Source: Abditibacteriota bacterium (lineage in GTDB: Bacteria; Armatimonadota; UBA5829). Taken from it: a stretch of DNA of 64,000 nucleotides. The position numbers were made by a program, and so were the translations under genes. Below are positions 54,638 to 64,000 of this stretch, in pieces. The notes under the pieces are model-generated. The model saw only the letters and a list, made by a program, of their open reading frames with translations, was not told the origin of the DNA and did no database searches. The stretch lies in NCBI GenBank assembly GCA_017552965.1, contig JAFZNQ010000009.1:220564-284563 (forward strand), in the 5' to 3' direction. Positions within the stretch are counted from its first letter, which is position 1. Every line of letters starts with the position of its first letter.

Positions 54638-55642
54638 CTATTTTGAATATATTGCCTGGCAGGCCGTAATGGCAGCCACGTTCATGATGTCGGAAGCCTT
54701 GCAGCCCCGGGACAGATCGTTGACGGGCTTGCGGAGACCCTGCAGCACAGGACCGTAGGCCTCGGCCTTGGCCAGCCTTTCGGTGAGCTTGTAGGCTATA
54801 TTGCCGCAGTTCAGGTCGGGGAAGATGAGTATGTTGGCCTTGCCCGCCACGGGGCTGCCGGGAGCCTTGGACTTGCCGATGGCTTCGATGATGGCAGCGT
54901 CGGCCTGGAGCTCTCCGTCCAGCATGAGGCCGGGCTCTCTCTCCTTGGCTATCTCGGTGGCGCGGATCACCTTGTCTATGATCTCATGCTTGGCGGAGCC
55001 CTTGGTGGACAGGCTCAGCATAGCCACCCGGGGCTCTATGCCGCACAGGTTCTGCATGGTCTTGGCAGACTGGATGGCTATCTCTGCCAGCTCTTCGTCG
55101 GTGGGATCGATGACCAGACCCGAGTCGGCGTAGATGAACACACCGTCTTCGCCGTAGGGGCAATCGGGCACTATCATCAGGAAAAATGCGGACACGGTCT
55201 TGCAGCCGGGAGCCGCCTTGATGATCTGCAGAGCAGGACGTATGGTATCGGAGGTGGAGTGTGTAGCGCCGGACACCTGTCCGTCGGCATCGCCTTCGTT
55301 GACCATCATACAGCCGAAGTGCAGAGGATCCTTGATGACCTCCACGGCCTTCTCTTCGGTCATGCCCTTCTTCATGCGCAGCTCGTAAAAACGATGAGCA
55401 TAGCGGTCAAAGTCGGGGCTGGACGCAGGATCGACTATCCTGCAGCCTGAAATGTCGGCGCCGCACTTCTTGACGGCTTCTTCGATTTTTTCGATAGGAT
55501 TGATCAGAACTACCTTGGCAATCCCTTCCTTGACGATCATTTCAGCAGCCTGGATAGTCCTCACATCTTCTGCTTCGGGAAGACATATGGTGAGCTGTGC
55601 TTCCTTGGCTTTCTTGTAGATGCTTTCCATTACGTTTGGCAT
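54638..55642 (-). CDS. pta: Phosphate acetyltransferase
   Basis: 334 aa; PTA_PTB fold motifs (...ICLPEAEDVRTIQAA..., C-terminal ...NVAAITACQA); RBS AAGGAG. Confidence 0.9.
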   Translation of the reverse strand: MPNVMESIYKKAKEAQLTICLPEAEDVRTIQAAEMIVKEGIAKVVLINPIEKIEEAVKKCGADISGCRIVDPASSPDFDRYAHRFYELRMKKGMTEEKAVEVIKDPLHFGCMMVNEGDADGQVSGATHSTSDTIRPALQIIKAAPGCKTVSAFFLMIVPDCPYGEDGVFIYADSGLVIDPTDEELAEIAIQSAKTMQNLCGIEPRVAMLSLSTKGSAKHEIIDKVIRATEIAKEREPGLMLDGELQADAAIIEAIGKSKAPGSPVAGKANILIFPDLNCGNIAYKLTERLAKAEAYGPVLQGLRKPVNDLSRGCKASDIMNVAAITACQAIYSK

Positions 55643-55687
55643 TATAGATACACTCCTTAGTTTGTATTCGCTTTTCTCAGGTGACGA

Positions 55688-56362
55688 TCAGTCCTCTTCC
55701 TCGTCATAATCGTCTTCGTCATCGGCAGCTTCATCCTCCGCCTCATACTGAGCCTGCTCTCCTCCGGAGATCTCGGGAAAGCTGTTGCCTGAGGAGCCGT
55801 CGGGATAAGAGGCCTCTATCTCGCCTCTGCTCTCGATGGTCCCCTGGATGTTGTCGATGGTGGTGTTGATGCTGGCCAGATAGTTCTCTATCAGCTCTCT
55901 CAGGCTCCCCAGCACGTCCAGAGAGTAGTTGTTCAGCTCGGTCTGGGCGTCGGATATATTCACGTTGGCCTGATTGATCAGAGTGGCGGCTTCAAAGCGG
56001 GCTCTCTCGGTGATGGAGTCCTCGCTCACCAGGTTGTCGGCCCGCATCTGGGCGTCCTGCAGTATGTTGTTCTTTTCCCTCTCGGCCTGGCTGACTATTG
56101 CTTCAGCCTGATTCTCTGCCTGAGCAATAGTGATCTCGCTTTGCTTGATGATGCTCTTGGCCTGCTCCAGCTCCCCGGGCAGGTTGGCGCTGATCTTCTG
56201 TATCTGCGCCTTGACTTCGTCGCATTTTACGACACAATACCCCACCAGCGAGGGGCCGTTGAACAGGTTCTCCAGCTTTGCCAGCTCACTTCTGGCGTCG
56301 CTCTTGCCGGAGGAGGCTCCGGAAACCTTCTTGACTTTGATATCGTTGTAATTTTTGCTCAT
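55688..56362 (-). CDS. Coiled-coil protein with extremely acidic C-terminal tail, function unknown
   Basis: 224 aa; heptad-rich central region (QAENQAEAIVSQAEREKNNILQDAQMRADNL) ending in EAEDEAADDEDDYDEEED; located between coaD and pta. Confidence 0.55.
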   Translation of the reverse strand: MSKNYNDIKVKKVSGASSGKSDARSELAKLENLFNGPSLVGYCVVKCDEVKAQIQKISANLPGELEQAKSIIKQSEITIAQAENQAEAIVSQAEREKNNILQDAQMRADNLVSEDSITERARFEAATLINQANVNISDAQTELNNYSLDVLGSLRELIENYLASINTTIDNIQGTIESRGEIEASYPDGSSGNSFPEISGGEQAQYEAEDEAADDEDDYDEEED

Positions 56363-56372
56363 GGCGTTATCC

Positions 56373-56855
56373 CTACCGTTTGGAATTGATTTTTTCTTTT
56401 AATGGCTCGACGACACAGGGGGGAACAAGGGCGTCCAGAGGCGAATCAAAGCCGGCCAGCTCCTTGACCATGGAAGAGCTCAGAAACAAGTGCTCGGACC
56501 TGGTCATCATAAAAAAGGTCTCCACGTCCTCCGCCAGTCTCTTGTTCATGAGGGCCATCTGCAGCTCGTATTCAAAATCGCTGATGACCCTGAGCCCCTT
56601 GATGGCGACCTTCACACCGTGAGCCCTCATATAATCCACCAAAAGGCCCGTAAAATAATCCACGCGCACGTTGGGGAGATGCTCTGTGGCCTCCCTGATC
56701 AGCGCCTGCTTTTCTTCGATGGAAAACATGGACCTTTTTGAAGGATTCACCGCGCACAATATGATCACTTCGTCAAAGATGCGCGCAGCCCTCTCGATGA
56801 TATCGAGATGACCACAGGTTATGGGATCGAAGCTCCCGGGATATACAGCAACCAT
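56373..56855 (-). CDS. coaD: Phosphopantetheine adenylyltransferase
   Basis: AVYPGSFDPITCGHLDIIERA nucleotidyltransferase (T/H)xGH motif; 160 aa. Confidence 0.9.
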   Translation of the reverse strand: MVAVYPGSFDPITCGHLDIIERAARIFDEVIILCAVNPSKRSMFSIEEKQALIREATEHLPNVRVDYFTGLLVDYMRAHGVKVAIKGLRVISDFEYELQMALMNKRLAEDVETFFMMTRSEHLFLSSSMVKELAGFDSPLDALVPPCVVEPLKEKINSKR

Positions 56856-56926
56856 TTTATACCCTGATGATTATTCATATACATAATTAATTATACTCTT
56901 ATTTCGGGTATATGTAAAGACGCAGC

Positions 56927-58375
56927 CTAAGGGCCGTCGGTTTTTTCGGGGCGGGAAAAACGGCTGTTGTAGACCTCGGTCAGGGCCAGATACATCTCGA
57001 TGGAATGGCTCTGTATGACCTTGGGCGAGGCGGCTCCGTCGTGGATGAACGCCCAGATGATACCGTCAAAATCCTTGGGCACCCTGACGGCGTCCTTCAG
57101 GTTGCCCTCCACCATGGCCTTGCCCATGGCCACGCAGAACTCGTAGGTGGTCATGGGAGTCACCTTTTTGATGATGCCCTTTTTTGAGTACACTATCTGA
57201 TAAAAGGCCACGGGATTGGGGGCCAGACGGGTCAGGTCACCGATGATCTTGTTTTTTTCGGCCGCGGAAAAGCCCACGCATTTTACTCCGTCGGCTACCC
57301 GGGTGAAGACCTCCTTCAGCCGGGCCTTTTCGTCGGTGGAAAAGGAGCCGGAGTCTATGACGGCGCCGTCCACTCCGAAGTCCCACATGGGGATGCCCGG
57401 CACCAGGTCGCCTTCATACATAAAGCTGAAGCGGCCCGGCTTGTCTCTCATGGGATGTCTGGTGTAGTTGGGACAGGCGTACACGTAGCAAAACACCTTC
57501 TCAAAGCCCAGCTTGTCTATGCCCAGACTCATGATCTGAGCCACGGCCGCGCCTCTGGAATGGCCCGTCAGCATTATCACGCTGCCGGCGGGCAGAGGAT
57601 GCTCCGAGAGATAGCGCTTCACTATGGCGCCTCCGTCCGCCGCAGCGGCGGTAAAGCCCTTGTGGGCCCCGGTGTCGCCTATGTCAAAGTTGGAAAACCA
57701 TTCTCCGGCCACGGTCCCCCGGACCACGCACATCAGCAGCTCCCGCTCTTTGGAGCCGTCGTATATCTTCCTGTGGGCCAGATATATCCCGGCCCTGTCG
57801 CTGCGCTCGGTGTGCTCGGCGCCGTAATAATTGTATTTTTCCACGTCCCGGAAGCCCATGGACTCCAATAGTCCTCCCAGGGCCTCCGTGTCCTGCTTGC
57901 CGCCCCGCAGATAGCCGGCGCCGCAGAGCATGATGCCCAGCCGGCCCAGAGCGGGCTCGTAGTCCTCCGGCCTGCCTCCGAACATCTCGCCTCCGAAGGC
58001 AGCGTCTGCCGTGTATTCGGAGGACACGGAGCGGGACCCGTTGAGCCAGCCCGTATGCAGCAGCCGGACGCTGACGGGCGCGGGAGGGCTGATGAGCCGA
58101 TCCGGACGGGATGCTCCGGTGCTGATGACCCTGAGACGCAGGGTCTCGCCGGGGACTATCTTTTCCCAGCTGATGACAGCCTCGCCGTCCCGGGAATAGG
58201 CCGACGCCACAAAGCCCTCGTTTTCCTCTACGGCGTCATCCCAGAGGGACACCTTGAAGGTCTCGCCCGGGTCTCTGACCACTATGCCCCGCTCCCTGTC
58301 ATAGGTCACGGTCTCTGCCGCCATCAGGCTGCAGGCCGCTGCAATAAGGGCAAATACACACAGGATCTTTTTCAT
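56927..58375 (-). CDS. Secreted class-3 lipase-like alpha/beta hydrolase
   Basis: Signal peptide MKKILCVFALIAAACSLMA; nucleophile elbow LTGHSRGAAVAQI (GHSxG); 482 aa. Confidence 0.65.
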   Translation of the reverse strand: MKKILCVFALIAAACSLMAAETVTYDRERGIVVRDPGETFKVSLWDDAVEENEGFVASAYSRDGEAVISWEKIVPGETLRLRVISTGASRPDRLISPPAPVSVRLLHTGWLNGSRSVSSEYTADAAFGGEMFGGRPEDYEPALGRLGIMLCGAGYLRGGKQDTEALGGLLESMGFRDVEKYNYYGAEHTERSDRAGIYLAHRKIYDGSKERELLMCVVRGTVAGEWFSNFDIGDTGAHKGFTAAAADGGAIVKRYLSEHPLPAGSVIMLTGHSRGAAVAQIMSLGIDKLGFEKVFCYVYACPNYTRHPMRDKPGRFSFMYEGDLVPGIPMWDFGVDGAVIDSGSFSTDEKARLKEVFTRVADGVKCVGFSAAEKNKIIGDLTRLAPNPVAFYQIVYSKKGIIKKVTPMTTYEFCVAMGKAMVEGNLKDAVRVPKDFDGIIWAFIHDGAASPKVIQSHSIEMYLALTEVYNSRFSRPEKTDGP

Positions 58376-58384
58376 GCTGACTCC

Positions 58385-58420
58385 AAAAAGGGAGTCCCGC
58401 CCCTGCGGGCGGGATACTCC
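58385..58420 (-). terminator. Rho-independent terminator after carB
   Basis: ggagtcccgccc-ctgc-gggcgggatactcc hairpin. On the minus strand it is followed by CTTTTTGG. Confidence 0.75.
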
Positions 58421-58432
58421 AGGTCTATAGCG

Positions 58433-61400
58433 TCACAGTCCCAGATATTTCTGGATGCTGCGCACTGTGGTTTGCTGATGTCTGGCTGTCTCCAGACCTA
58501 TAAGGGTGGCTCTGGCTGCGGCCACCGTGGTGATGATGGGGATGCCCCTGGCTATGGCGCTGGCCCTTATCTGCACCTCGTCGCTCTTGGGCTTGCGGCC
58601 CGAAGGAGTGTTGATGATCAGATCCACCTGATTGTTGATGATCAGGTCGGTGGGGTCGGGGCGCCCGTTGCCTATCTTGCTCACGGTCTTGATGCCGTCG
58701 ATACCGGCAGCGGCGAGCTCTCTCGCTGTCCCCTTGGTGGCGTAGATGGTGAAGCCCAGGCTCTGGAGCTTCGAAGCGATATACTCGGCGTGCTTCTGGT
58801 CCTTGTGGGCCAGAGACAGGAAGGCAGTCCCCTTTTCGGGTATGCGGTTGCCGGCGGCTATCTGAGCCTTCAGATAGGCCACGCCGAAGTTCTGGTCTAT
58901 GCCCATGACCTCGCCGGTGGACTTCATCTCCGGGCCCAGCATGCAGTCCACTCCGGAGAACTTCACGAAGGGGAACACAGCTTCCTTGATGCACACGTGC
59001 TCGGGAGTCACCTCGGAGGTGATGCCCTGCTCCTTGAGGCTGACCCCCAGCATGATCCGGGTGGCTACCTTGGCCCACTGGACGCCGGTGGCCTTGGATA
59101 CGAAGGGCACTGTCCTCGAAGCTCTGGGGTTGACCTCCAGTATGTAGATGTCGTCGCCCTTGACGGCAAACTGTATGTTCATCAGACCCCGCACGTTCAG
59201 CTCTTCGGCCAGCAGGTGGGTCTGCCTCTTGATCTCATCCACTATATATCTCTTCAGGGTCCAGGCCGGTATGGAGCAGGCCGAGTCGCCGGAGTGGACG
59301 CCTGCATATTCGATGTGCTCCATGACTCCGCACACGAGAGTGGTCTCGCCGTCGGAGATGGCGTCCACGTCGATCTCGATGGCGTCATCCAGGAACTTGT
59401 CTATGAGCACCGGCTTTTCGGGGCTGGCCACCACTGCGCTCTTCATGTAGTTGGTCAGGGTCTCGTCGTCATAGACTATCTCCATGGCCCTGCCGCCCAG
59501 CACGTAGGAGGGGCGCACCAGCACGGGATAGCCCACCTTGTGAGCGGCCTCGATGGCCTCCTCTATGTTGACGGCTATGCCGTTCTCGGTCTGCCTAAGA
59601 CCCAGCTTCCGGAGCATCTCGGCAAAGAGCTCCCTGTCCTCTGCCCGGTCTATGGACTCGGGGCTGGTGCCCAGTATCCTGACGCCGGCCTTCTTCAGGG
59701 CCAGAGACAGATTCAGAGGAGTCTGTCCGCCCAGCTGGACTATGACGCCCGCGGGCTTTTCTATCTCCACTATATTCAGCACGTCTTCCCGGGTGAGAGG
59801 CTCAAAGTACAGCTTGTCCGAGGTGTCGAAGTCCGTGGACACGGTCTCGGGGTTGCAGTTGATGATGATGCTCTCGTAGCCCTGCTCCTTGAGGGCGTAG
59901 GAGGCGTGGACGCAGCAATAGTCAAATTCTATGCCCTGTCCGATCCTGTTGGGGCCGCCGCCCAGAATGATGACCTTTTTCTTGTTGTCCGTGGGATAGG
60001 CCTGATCCAGGGTCTCATAGGTAGAATAATAGTAGGGCTTCTCGGCCTCTATCTCGCCGGAGCAGGTGTCCACCTGATAATAGGTAGCGGAGGCTCCCTT
60101 TTTCTCTCTCAGATCCCGGATGGTCATCTCGTCCGTCTTCAGCAGGAAGGCCAGCTGTATGTCGGAGTAGCCCCATTCCTTGGCCGTCTTGATGAGGTCA
60201 AAGGGGACAGAGTCCACCGAGTATTTCAGGAGCTCGGTCTCCAGGTCCACCAGCTGGCGCACGTTTTCGATGAACCAGTGGTCTATCTTGCTCAGGTCGT
60301 ATATCTCCTGAGTGGAGAAGCCGTTTTCGATGGCGTGCTTCAGATAGAAGATGCGGTCGGCGTTGGGCTGGCCCAGCTTTTGCTTGATCACGTCTCTGGG
60401 AGCGCCACTGCGGGGCAGCAGGTCCTTGCCGTCGGCTCCCAGACCGTAGCGGCCCGTCTCCAGGGAGCGGATGCCCTTCTGCAGAGCCTCCTTGAAGTTG
60501 CGGCCTATGGCCATGGACTCGCCCACGGCCTTCATCTGAGTATTCAGAGTGGGGTCGGCGCCGGCAAATTTTTCGAAGGCAAAGCGGCACACCTTCATGA
60601 CTATGTAGTCGATGGAGGGCTCGAAGTCGCTCATGGTCTTGCCGGTGATGTCGTTGCGTATCTCGTCAAAGGTGAGCCCCACTGCCAGCTTGGCAGCCAC
60701 ACGGGCTATGGGGAAGCCGGTAGCCTTACTGGCCAGAGCGGAGGATCTGGACACCCTGGGGTTGATCTCGATGATGACCATCTCCCCGTTGTCCGGATTC
60801 AGACCAAACTGCACGTTGGTGCCGCCGCCCCGCACGTCGATGGCGCGGATGATCTTCCGAGCCACGTCCGCCAGACGGTTGATCTCCTCGGTGGAGGTGC
60901 TCATGGCGGGAGCCACCACGATGGAGTCGCCTGTGTGGACGCCCATGGGGTCTATGTTTTCCATGCTGGTGATGACGATGACGTTGTCCTCGCAGTCCCG
61001 CATGACTTCAAACTCTATCTCCTTCCAGCCCAGCACGGACTCTTCCACCAGAGTCTGATGCACGGGAGAGGTGGCCAGAGCCTTGGGGAGCATCTTCTGA
61101 TACTCTTCCATATTGTAGGCGGTGGCGCCGCCGGCGCCGCCCATGGTAAAGGCAGGTCTCAGAATGGCGGGGAAGCCTATTTCCCTGATGATCTCCATGC
61201 CCTCTTCCACCGACTCGGCTATGCCGCTGCGGGGAGTCCGGACGCCTATGGATTCCATGGTCTCCTTGAAGAGCTTGCGGTCCTCTGCCTTGGCTATGGC
61301 TTTTTCGTCACAGCCCAGCAGCTCCACGCCGTATTTGTCCAGAATGCCCTCGCGCTTCAAAAAGGTGCCCATGTTGAGGCCCATCTGGCCGCCCAGAGTG

Positions 61401-61663
61401 GGCAGCAGGGCGTCGGGGCGTTCCTGTGCTATGATGGCTTCCAGGGATTCGATGGTCAGAGGCTCTATGTAGGTGGCGTCTGCCATCTGGGGGTCGGTCA
61501 TGATAGTCGCGGGATTGGAGTTCACCAGGACTATCTCATAGCCCTCTTCCTTCAGAGCCTTGCAGGCCTGAGAGCCGGAGTAGTCAAACTCGCAGGCCTG
61601 GCCTATGACGATGGGTCCGGAGCCGATAATGAGTATTTTTTTGATATCTGTTCTTTTTGGCAT
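58433..61663 (-). CDS. carB: Carbamoyl-phosphate synthase large subunit
   Basis: 1076 aa; duplicated ATP-grasp modules and a C-terminal MGS-like domain; N-terminal [21 protein letters not shown]. Confidence 0.95.
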   Translation of the reverse strand: MPKRTDIKKILIIGSGPIVIGQACEFDYSGSQACKALKEEGYEIVLVNSNPATIMTDPQMADATYIEPLTIESLEAIIAQERPDALLPTLGGQMGLNMGTFLKREGILDKYGVELLGCDEKAIAKAEDRKLFKETMESIGVRTPRSGIAESVEEGMEIIREIGFPAILRPAFTMGGAGGATAYNMEEYQKMLPKALATSPVHQTLVEESVLGWKEIEFEVMRDCEDNVIVITSMENIDPMGVHTGDSIVVAPAMSTSTEEINRLADVARKIIRAIDVRGGGTNVQFGLNPDNGEMVIIEINPRVSRSSALASKATGFPIARVAAKLAVGLTFDEIRNDITGKTMSDFEPSIDYIVMKVCRFAFEKFAGADPTLNTQMKAVGESMAIGRNFKEALQKGIRSLETGRYGLGADGKDLLPRSGAPRDVIKQKLGQPNADRIFYLKHAIENGFSTQEIYDLSKIDHWFIENVRQLVDLETELLKYSVDSVPFDLIKTAKEWGYSDIQLAFLLKTDEMTIRDLREKKGASATYYQVDTCSGEIEAEKPYYYSTYETLDQAYPTDNKKKVIILGGGPNRIGQGIEFDYCCVHASYALKEQGYESIIINCNPETVSTDFDTSDKLYFEPLTREDVLNIVEIEKPAGVIVQLGGQTPLNLSLALKKAGVRILGTSPESIDRAEDRELFAEMLRKLGLRQTENGIAVNIEEAIEAAHKVGYPVLVRPSYVLGGRAMEIVYDDETLTNYMKSAVVASPEKPVLIDKFLDDAIEIDVDAISDGETTLVCGVMEHIEYAGVHSGDSACSIPAWTLKRYIVDEIKRQTHLLAEELNVRGLMNIQFAVKGDDIYILEVNPRASRTVPFVSKATGVQWAKVATRIMLGVSLKEQGITSEVTPEHVCIKEAVFPFVKFSGVDCMLGPEMKSTGEVMGIDQNFGVAYLKAQIAAGNRIPEKGTAFLSLAHKDQKHAEYIASKLQSLGFTIYATKGTARELAAAGIDGIKTVSKIGNGRPDPTDLIINNQVDLIINTPSGRKPKSDEVQIRASAIARGIPIITTVAAARATLIGLETARHQQTTVRSIQKYLGL

Positions 61664-61664
61664 T

Positions 61665-62636
61665 TTATTCCTCCCGTGTTTTGATAGCGCTCACCAGATC
61701 CTGGGGCTTGTAGCAGAAGCCCATGACCATACCGTCCTCGCTGACGAAGGCCTCGGGGCTCTTGTCATGGAGGTTGGCTGCGGTGATCCGTATCCCTTTT
61801 TGCTCTTCCACCACGTAGCAGTGGTTCTGACTGGTGATCAGATTCTTGCGGGATGTACCCGGCTTCACAGGGATATTGGTCCCGTGATGCCCCAGTCCCA
61901 GAGACTTGATGCGGTAGCCTGCCGCCGCCGCGGCCAGGGCTGCGCCGTCTCCGAAGCCCACTACGGGCTTGCCGCCGGCAGCCCCTCTGATGGACTCCAG
62001 CACTTCGTCGCTGTCCGCCAGAAAAGCGGGAGCGTTGGATACTATGAGGACGTCAAAGGGCTTGCCTTCGCCGGCCACGGCTATGCCGCTGTCGGCGAGC
62101 ATGGAAAAGAAGGACTTGCCGGCCCCCAGATCCAGCACCGCTGCGGTCATGGCGGGAGATTTGACCTTCAGGGGCTTCATCACGGGAGTGTAGTCCACCT
62201 CGAAGGCCTTCAGCCGCTTTTTCAGCTCGGCCGCGGTGAGCTTTTTCTCCGACAGCACCGCCATCTGCTCGCCCTTTTCCCGCAGATGGACCAAGATGGC
62301 TCTGGTGTCAAAGCCTTCGCCAAAGGCCACGTCTGCCTTATCCACAAAGTCCAGCAGGGTCTCCTTGGCCCGGAAGTTGCTCATGGTGCGGCTGTACTCC
62401 TTGCAGATGATGCCTGCGGGACACACCACGTCGGACTCATTGTCCTCTCTGTTGATGCCCGTGGCGCCTATGATGGGAAAGGTGAACAGCATGATCTTTC
62501 CCGTGTTGGCAGGGTTCGTGATGACCTCTTCGTAGCCGAAGCCGCCGGTGTATATGCTCAAAAAGCCCGCGGTCTCCTGTACGCTGCCCAGACATTTGCC
62601 TTCAAATACGGCGCCGTCTTTGAGTGTTAAAAACAT
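61665..62636 (-). CDS. carA: Carbamoyl-phosphate synthase small-subunit homolog with a degenerate (predicted inactive) glutamine amidotransferase domain
   Basis: 323 aa. The CarA N-domain is conserved ([26 protein letters not shown]). In the GATase domain the Cys elbow GxCxGHQ reads [16 protein letters not shown] (Cys to Gly229; His-Gln to Ala-Ala), and the His/Glu of FxxxGHPE read GFCYKPQ (His to Lys310, Glu to Gln312). Its stop abuts the carB start. Confidence 0.8.
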   Translation of the reverse strand: MFLTLKDGAVFEGKCLGSVQETAGFLSIYTGGFGYEEVITNPANTGKIMLFTFPIIGATGINREDNESDVVCPAGIICKEYSRTMSNFRAKETLLDFVDKADVAFGEGFDTRAILVHLREKGEQMAVLSEKKLTAAELKKRLKAFEVDYTPVMKPLKVKSPAMTAAVLDLGAGKSFFSMLADSGIAVAGEGKPFDVLIVSNAPAFLADSDEVLESIRGAAGGKPVVGFGDGAALAAAAAGYRIKSLGLGHHGTNIPVKPGTSRKNLITSQNHCYVVEEQKGIRITAANLHDKSPEAFVSEDGMVMGFCYKPQDLVSAIKTREE

Positions 62637-62685
62637 ATGTGCCTCCTATCAAAAAAAAAGAACAAAGCCTATATCAGTGCTTCGT

Positions 62686-63177
62686 TCATTTTGCCTTGAA
62701 TAACATATACTTCCTGGCGTAGAAGTTCCAGAAAAAGACAATGACAGTGACAACTATTTTGGAAAACCATACGTTGGCCTCATTGGGCACAAATGATTTG
62801 ACGGTTTTGTCTGCGAGCTGTATGATCATATCTCTCACCGGACTGGTGTCCACCATTACATATAGCAGATAGGCGTGCAGCACGAGACCAATGACGCCTA
62901 TGAGCAGAAAAAGTGTGAACTCAAGACGCCTGTCGGTCACGGACCTCTGTGTAAAGATCCACTTTACCGACAACACGTATGACAGCACGACGCCTGCCAG
63001 AAAGCCTATAGATGATGCGGGGATATAGCCATAATGAAAGGTAAATATACCGAGAAACACTGCTGTCACCGCAAAATCCACCGCTGTATTCAGCAGACCT
63101 GCCACAGCAAACCTGACCAGCTGGCCAAAGCTGCTGTCGGTCGGCTCCAGTAATCCGGCCATAGAAATACCTCTCAA
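62686..63177 (-). CDS. GtrA-family membrane protein (polysaccharide synthesis/flippase-associated)
   Basis: VRFAVAGLLNTAVDFAVTAVF N-terminal GtrA motif; four TM helices; ~160 aa. Confidence 0.7.
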   Translation of the reverse strand: MRGISMAGLLEPTDSSFGQLVRFAVAGLLNTAVDFAVTAVFLGIFTFHYGYIPASSIGFLAGVVLSYVLSVKWIFTQRSVTDRRLEFTLFLLIGVIGLVLHAYLLYVMVDTSPVRDMIIQLADKTVKSFVPNEANVWFSKIVVTVIVFFWNFYARKYMLFKAK

Positions 63178-63243
63178 AAATATTCCCTTATAATATTATA
63201 ATACTCGGACACCGCCTTGTCAATATCATTTGGGAAAAAAATG

Positions 63244-63789
63244 TCAGTTGTATTTGTTCATCACATAGACAGGCCCTTCGGCTATCAGGTCCTCCAGGGC
63301 GTCGGCTGCGGCGCCGAAGGCCTCCTTCATCACCTCCTTCTCGGCGGCGGTGAATTTTTGCAGCACGTGGACCGCGGCGGAGCCTCCCCGGCCTATGCCC
63401 ACCCGCAGGCGGCAAAAGTCGGAGGTGCCCAGGTATTCTATGATGGACAGCATGCCTCTGTGACCTCCCGCAGACCCCCGCTCTCTGAAACGGAGAGTCC
63501 CTGCAGGCAGATCCATGTCGTCATACACCACCACCAGGTCGGCAGGCTCTGCGCCAAAACGCCTCATCACCGGCCTGACAGCCTGACCCGAGTTGTTCAT
63601 ATAGGTCATAGGCTTCACCAGGACCAGCTTTTCGCCCCGCAGGTTGGTCTCGGACACCAGAGCGTTGCCGGCAGTCCTGAAACGGGCGGAGAGCCTGCCG
63701 GCCAGAGTATTGACCACCTCAAAGCCCACGTTGTGGCGGGTCCTGGCGTATTCCATGCCCGGATTGCCCAGGCCTGCTATTATTATCAT
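63244..63789 (-). CDS. pth: Peptidyl-tRNA hydrolase
   Basis: MIIIAGLGNPG...TRHNVGF motif. I prefer the ATG at 63787-63789 (RBS GAGAGAGGG) over the tracked 63801. Confidence 0.9.
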   Translation of the reverse strand: MIIIAGLGNPGMEYARTRHNVGFEVVNTLAGRLSARFRTAGNALVSETNLRGEKLVLVKPMTYMNNSGQAVRPVMRRFGAEPADLVVVYDDMDLPAGTLRFRERGSAGGHRGMLSIIEYLGTSDFCRLRVGIGRGGSAAVHVLQKFTAAEKEVMKEAFGAAADALEDLIAEGPVYVMNKYN

Positions 63790-63837
63790 GCCCTCTCTCA
63801 AAAAAGGCGTCCCGAAGGACGCCGCTCGATCGTGTGT

Positions 63838-64000
63838 TATTTGTGATTTCTCAGGAAGCGCGCCGCCATGGCTATATCGTCGGCAGGATTCTCCCCTACT
63901 TCTCTCTCTATGACAAAGGTGCCGTCAAAGCCCACCTTCTTCAGAGCGGCCAGGTATTCGTCCCAGCGCACGTCGCCCTGTCCCAGAGGCACTTCCTTGT
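63838..64000 (-). CDS. Sugar phosphate isomerase/epimerase (xylose-isomerase-like TIM barrel) C-terminal fragment; gene continues beyond the window end
   Basis: Reverse-strand translation ends ...AMAARFLRNHK* (stop at 63838-63840). Upstream residues ...GQGDVRWDEYLAALKKVGFDGTFVIEREVGENPADD match the C-terminal strands of AP-endonuclease-2/xylose-isomerase-like TIM barrels. Confidence 0.45.

Overview
This 64 kb window is high-GC (roughly 60%, judged by eye) chromosomal DNA with gene content and order typical of a Clostridia-like Firmicute. That identification rests on miaB-mutS-mutL, ruvA-ruvB, pta-ackA, coaD, argB-argD, carA-carB, pth and a MutH-independent MutL with a DQHVAHERI endonuclease motif. 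It is tightly packed with genes arranged in alternating strand blocks: 1-16604 minus, 18698-22690 plus, 22736-28904 minus, 29025-34326 plus, 34374-43597 minus, 43789-52369 plus, 52427-64000 minus. I support 46 protein-coding genes (three partial or start-uncertain), two tRNAs (Leu-CAG and Ser-GGA), about a dozen rho-independent terminator hairpins, several near-consensus sigma-70-like promoters and two coding tandem-repeat arrays. I found no integrase, transposase, phage gene, CRISPR array or rRNA.

Housekeeping genes are interspersed with secreted carbohydrate-active and surface proteins (pectate-lyase-fold/GH28-like, GH42-like, GHL10 with a CBM9-like domain, a class-3 lipase, a phosphodiesterase with a LamG-like domain, a Pro/Ala repeat protein) and signalling proteins (GGDEF, two hybrid histidine kinases). 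The candidates I consider most likely to be new are:
- a two-gene sensory module in which an APC-superfamily amino-acid-permease domain is fused directly to a histidine kinase plus receiver, next to a Cache-type hybrid kinase, with no response regulator or HPt protein nearby;
- a tight four-gene operon of a DegT-family aminotransferase, a GlgC-family nucleotidyltransferase and two HisA-fold paralogs, possibly an uncharacterised amino-sugar or nucleotide-sugar pathway;
- a single ORF fusing bona fide RNase III to an FAD-dependent oxidoreductase;
- an HMGL-family synthase carrying a C-terminal cytoplasmic Cache/PAS-like domain;
- a CarA homolog in which all three glutaminase catalytic residues are replaced.

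Product calls come from motifs I recognise in the translated ORFs; no database search was possible, so family assignments are recognition-based inferences. Many long ORFs on the opposite strand of real genes are GC-driven artefacts and were rejected.
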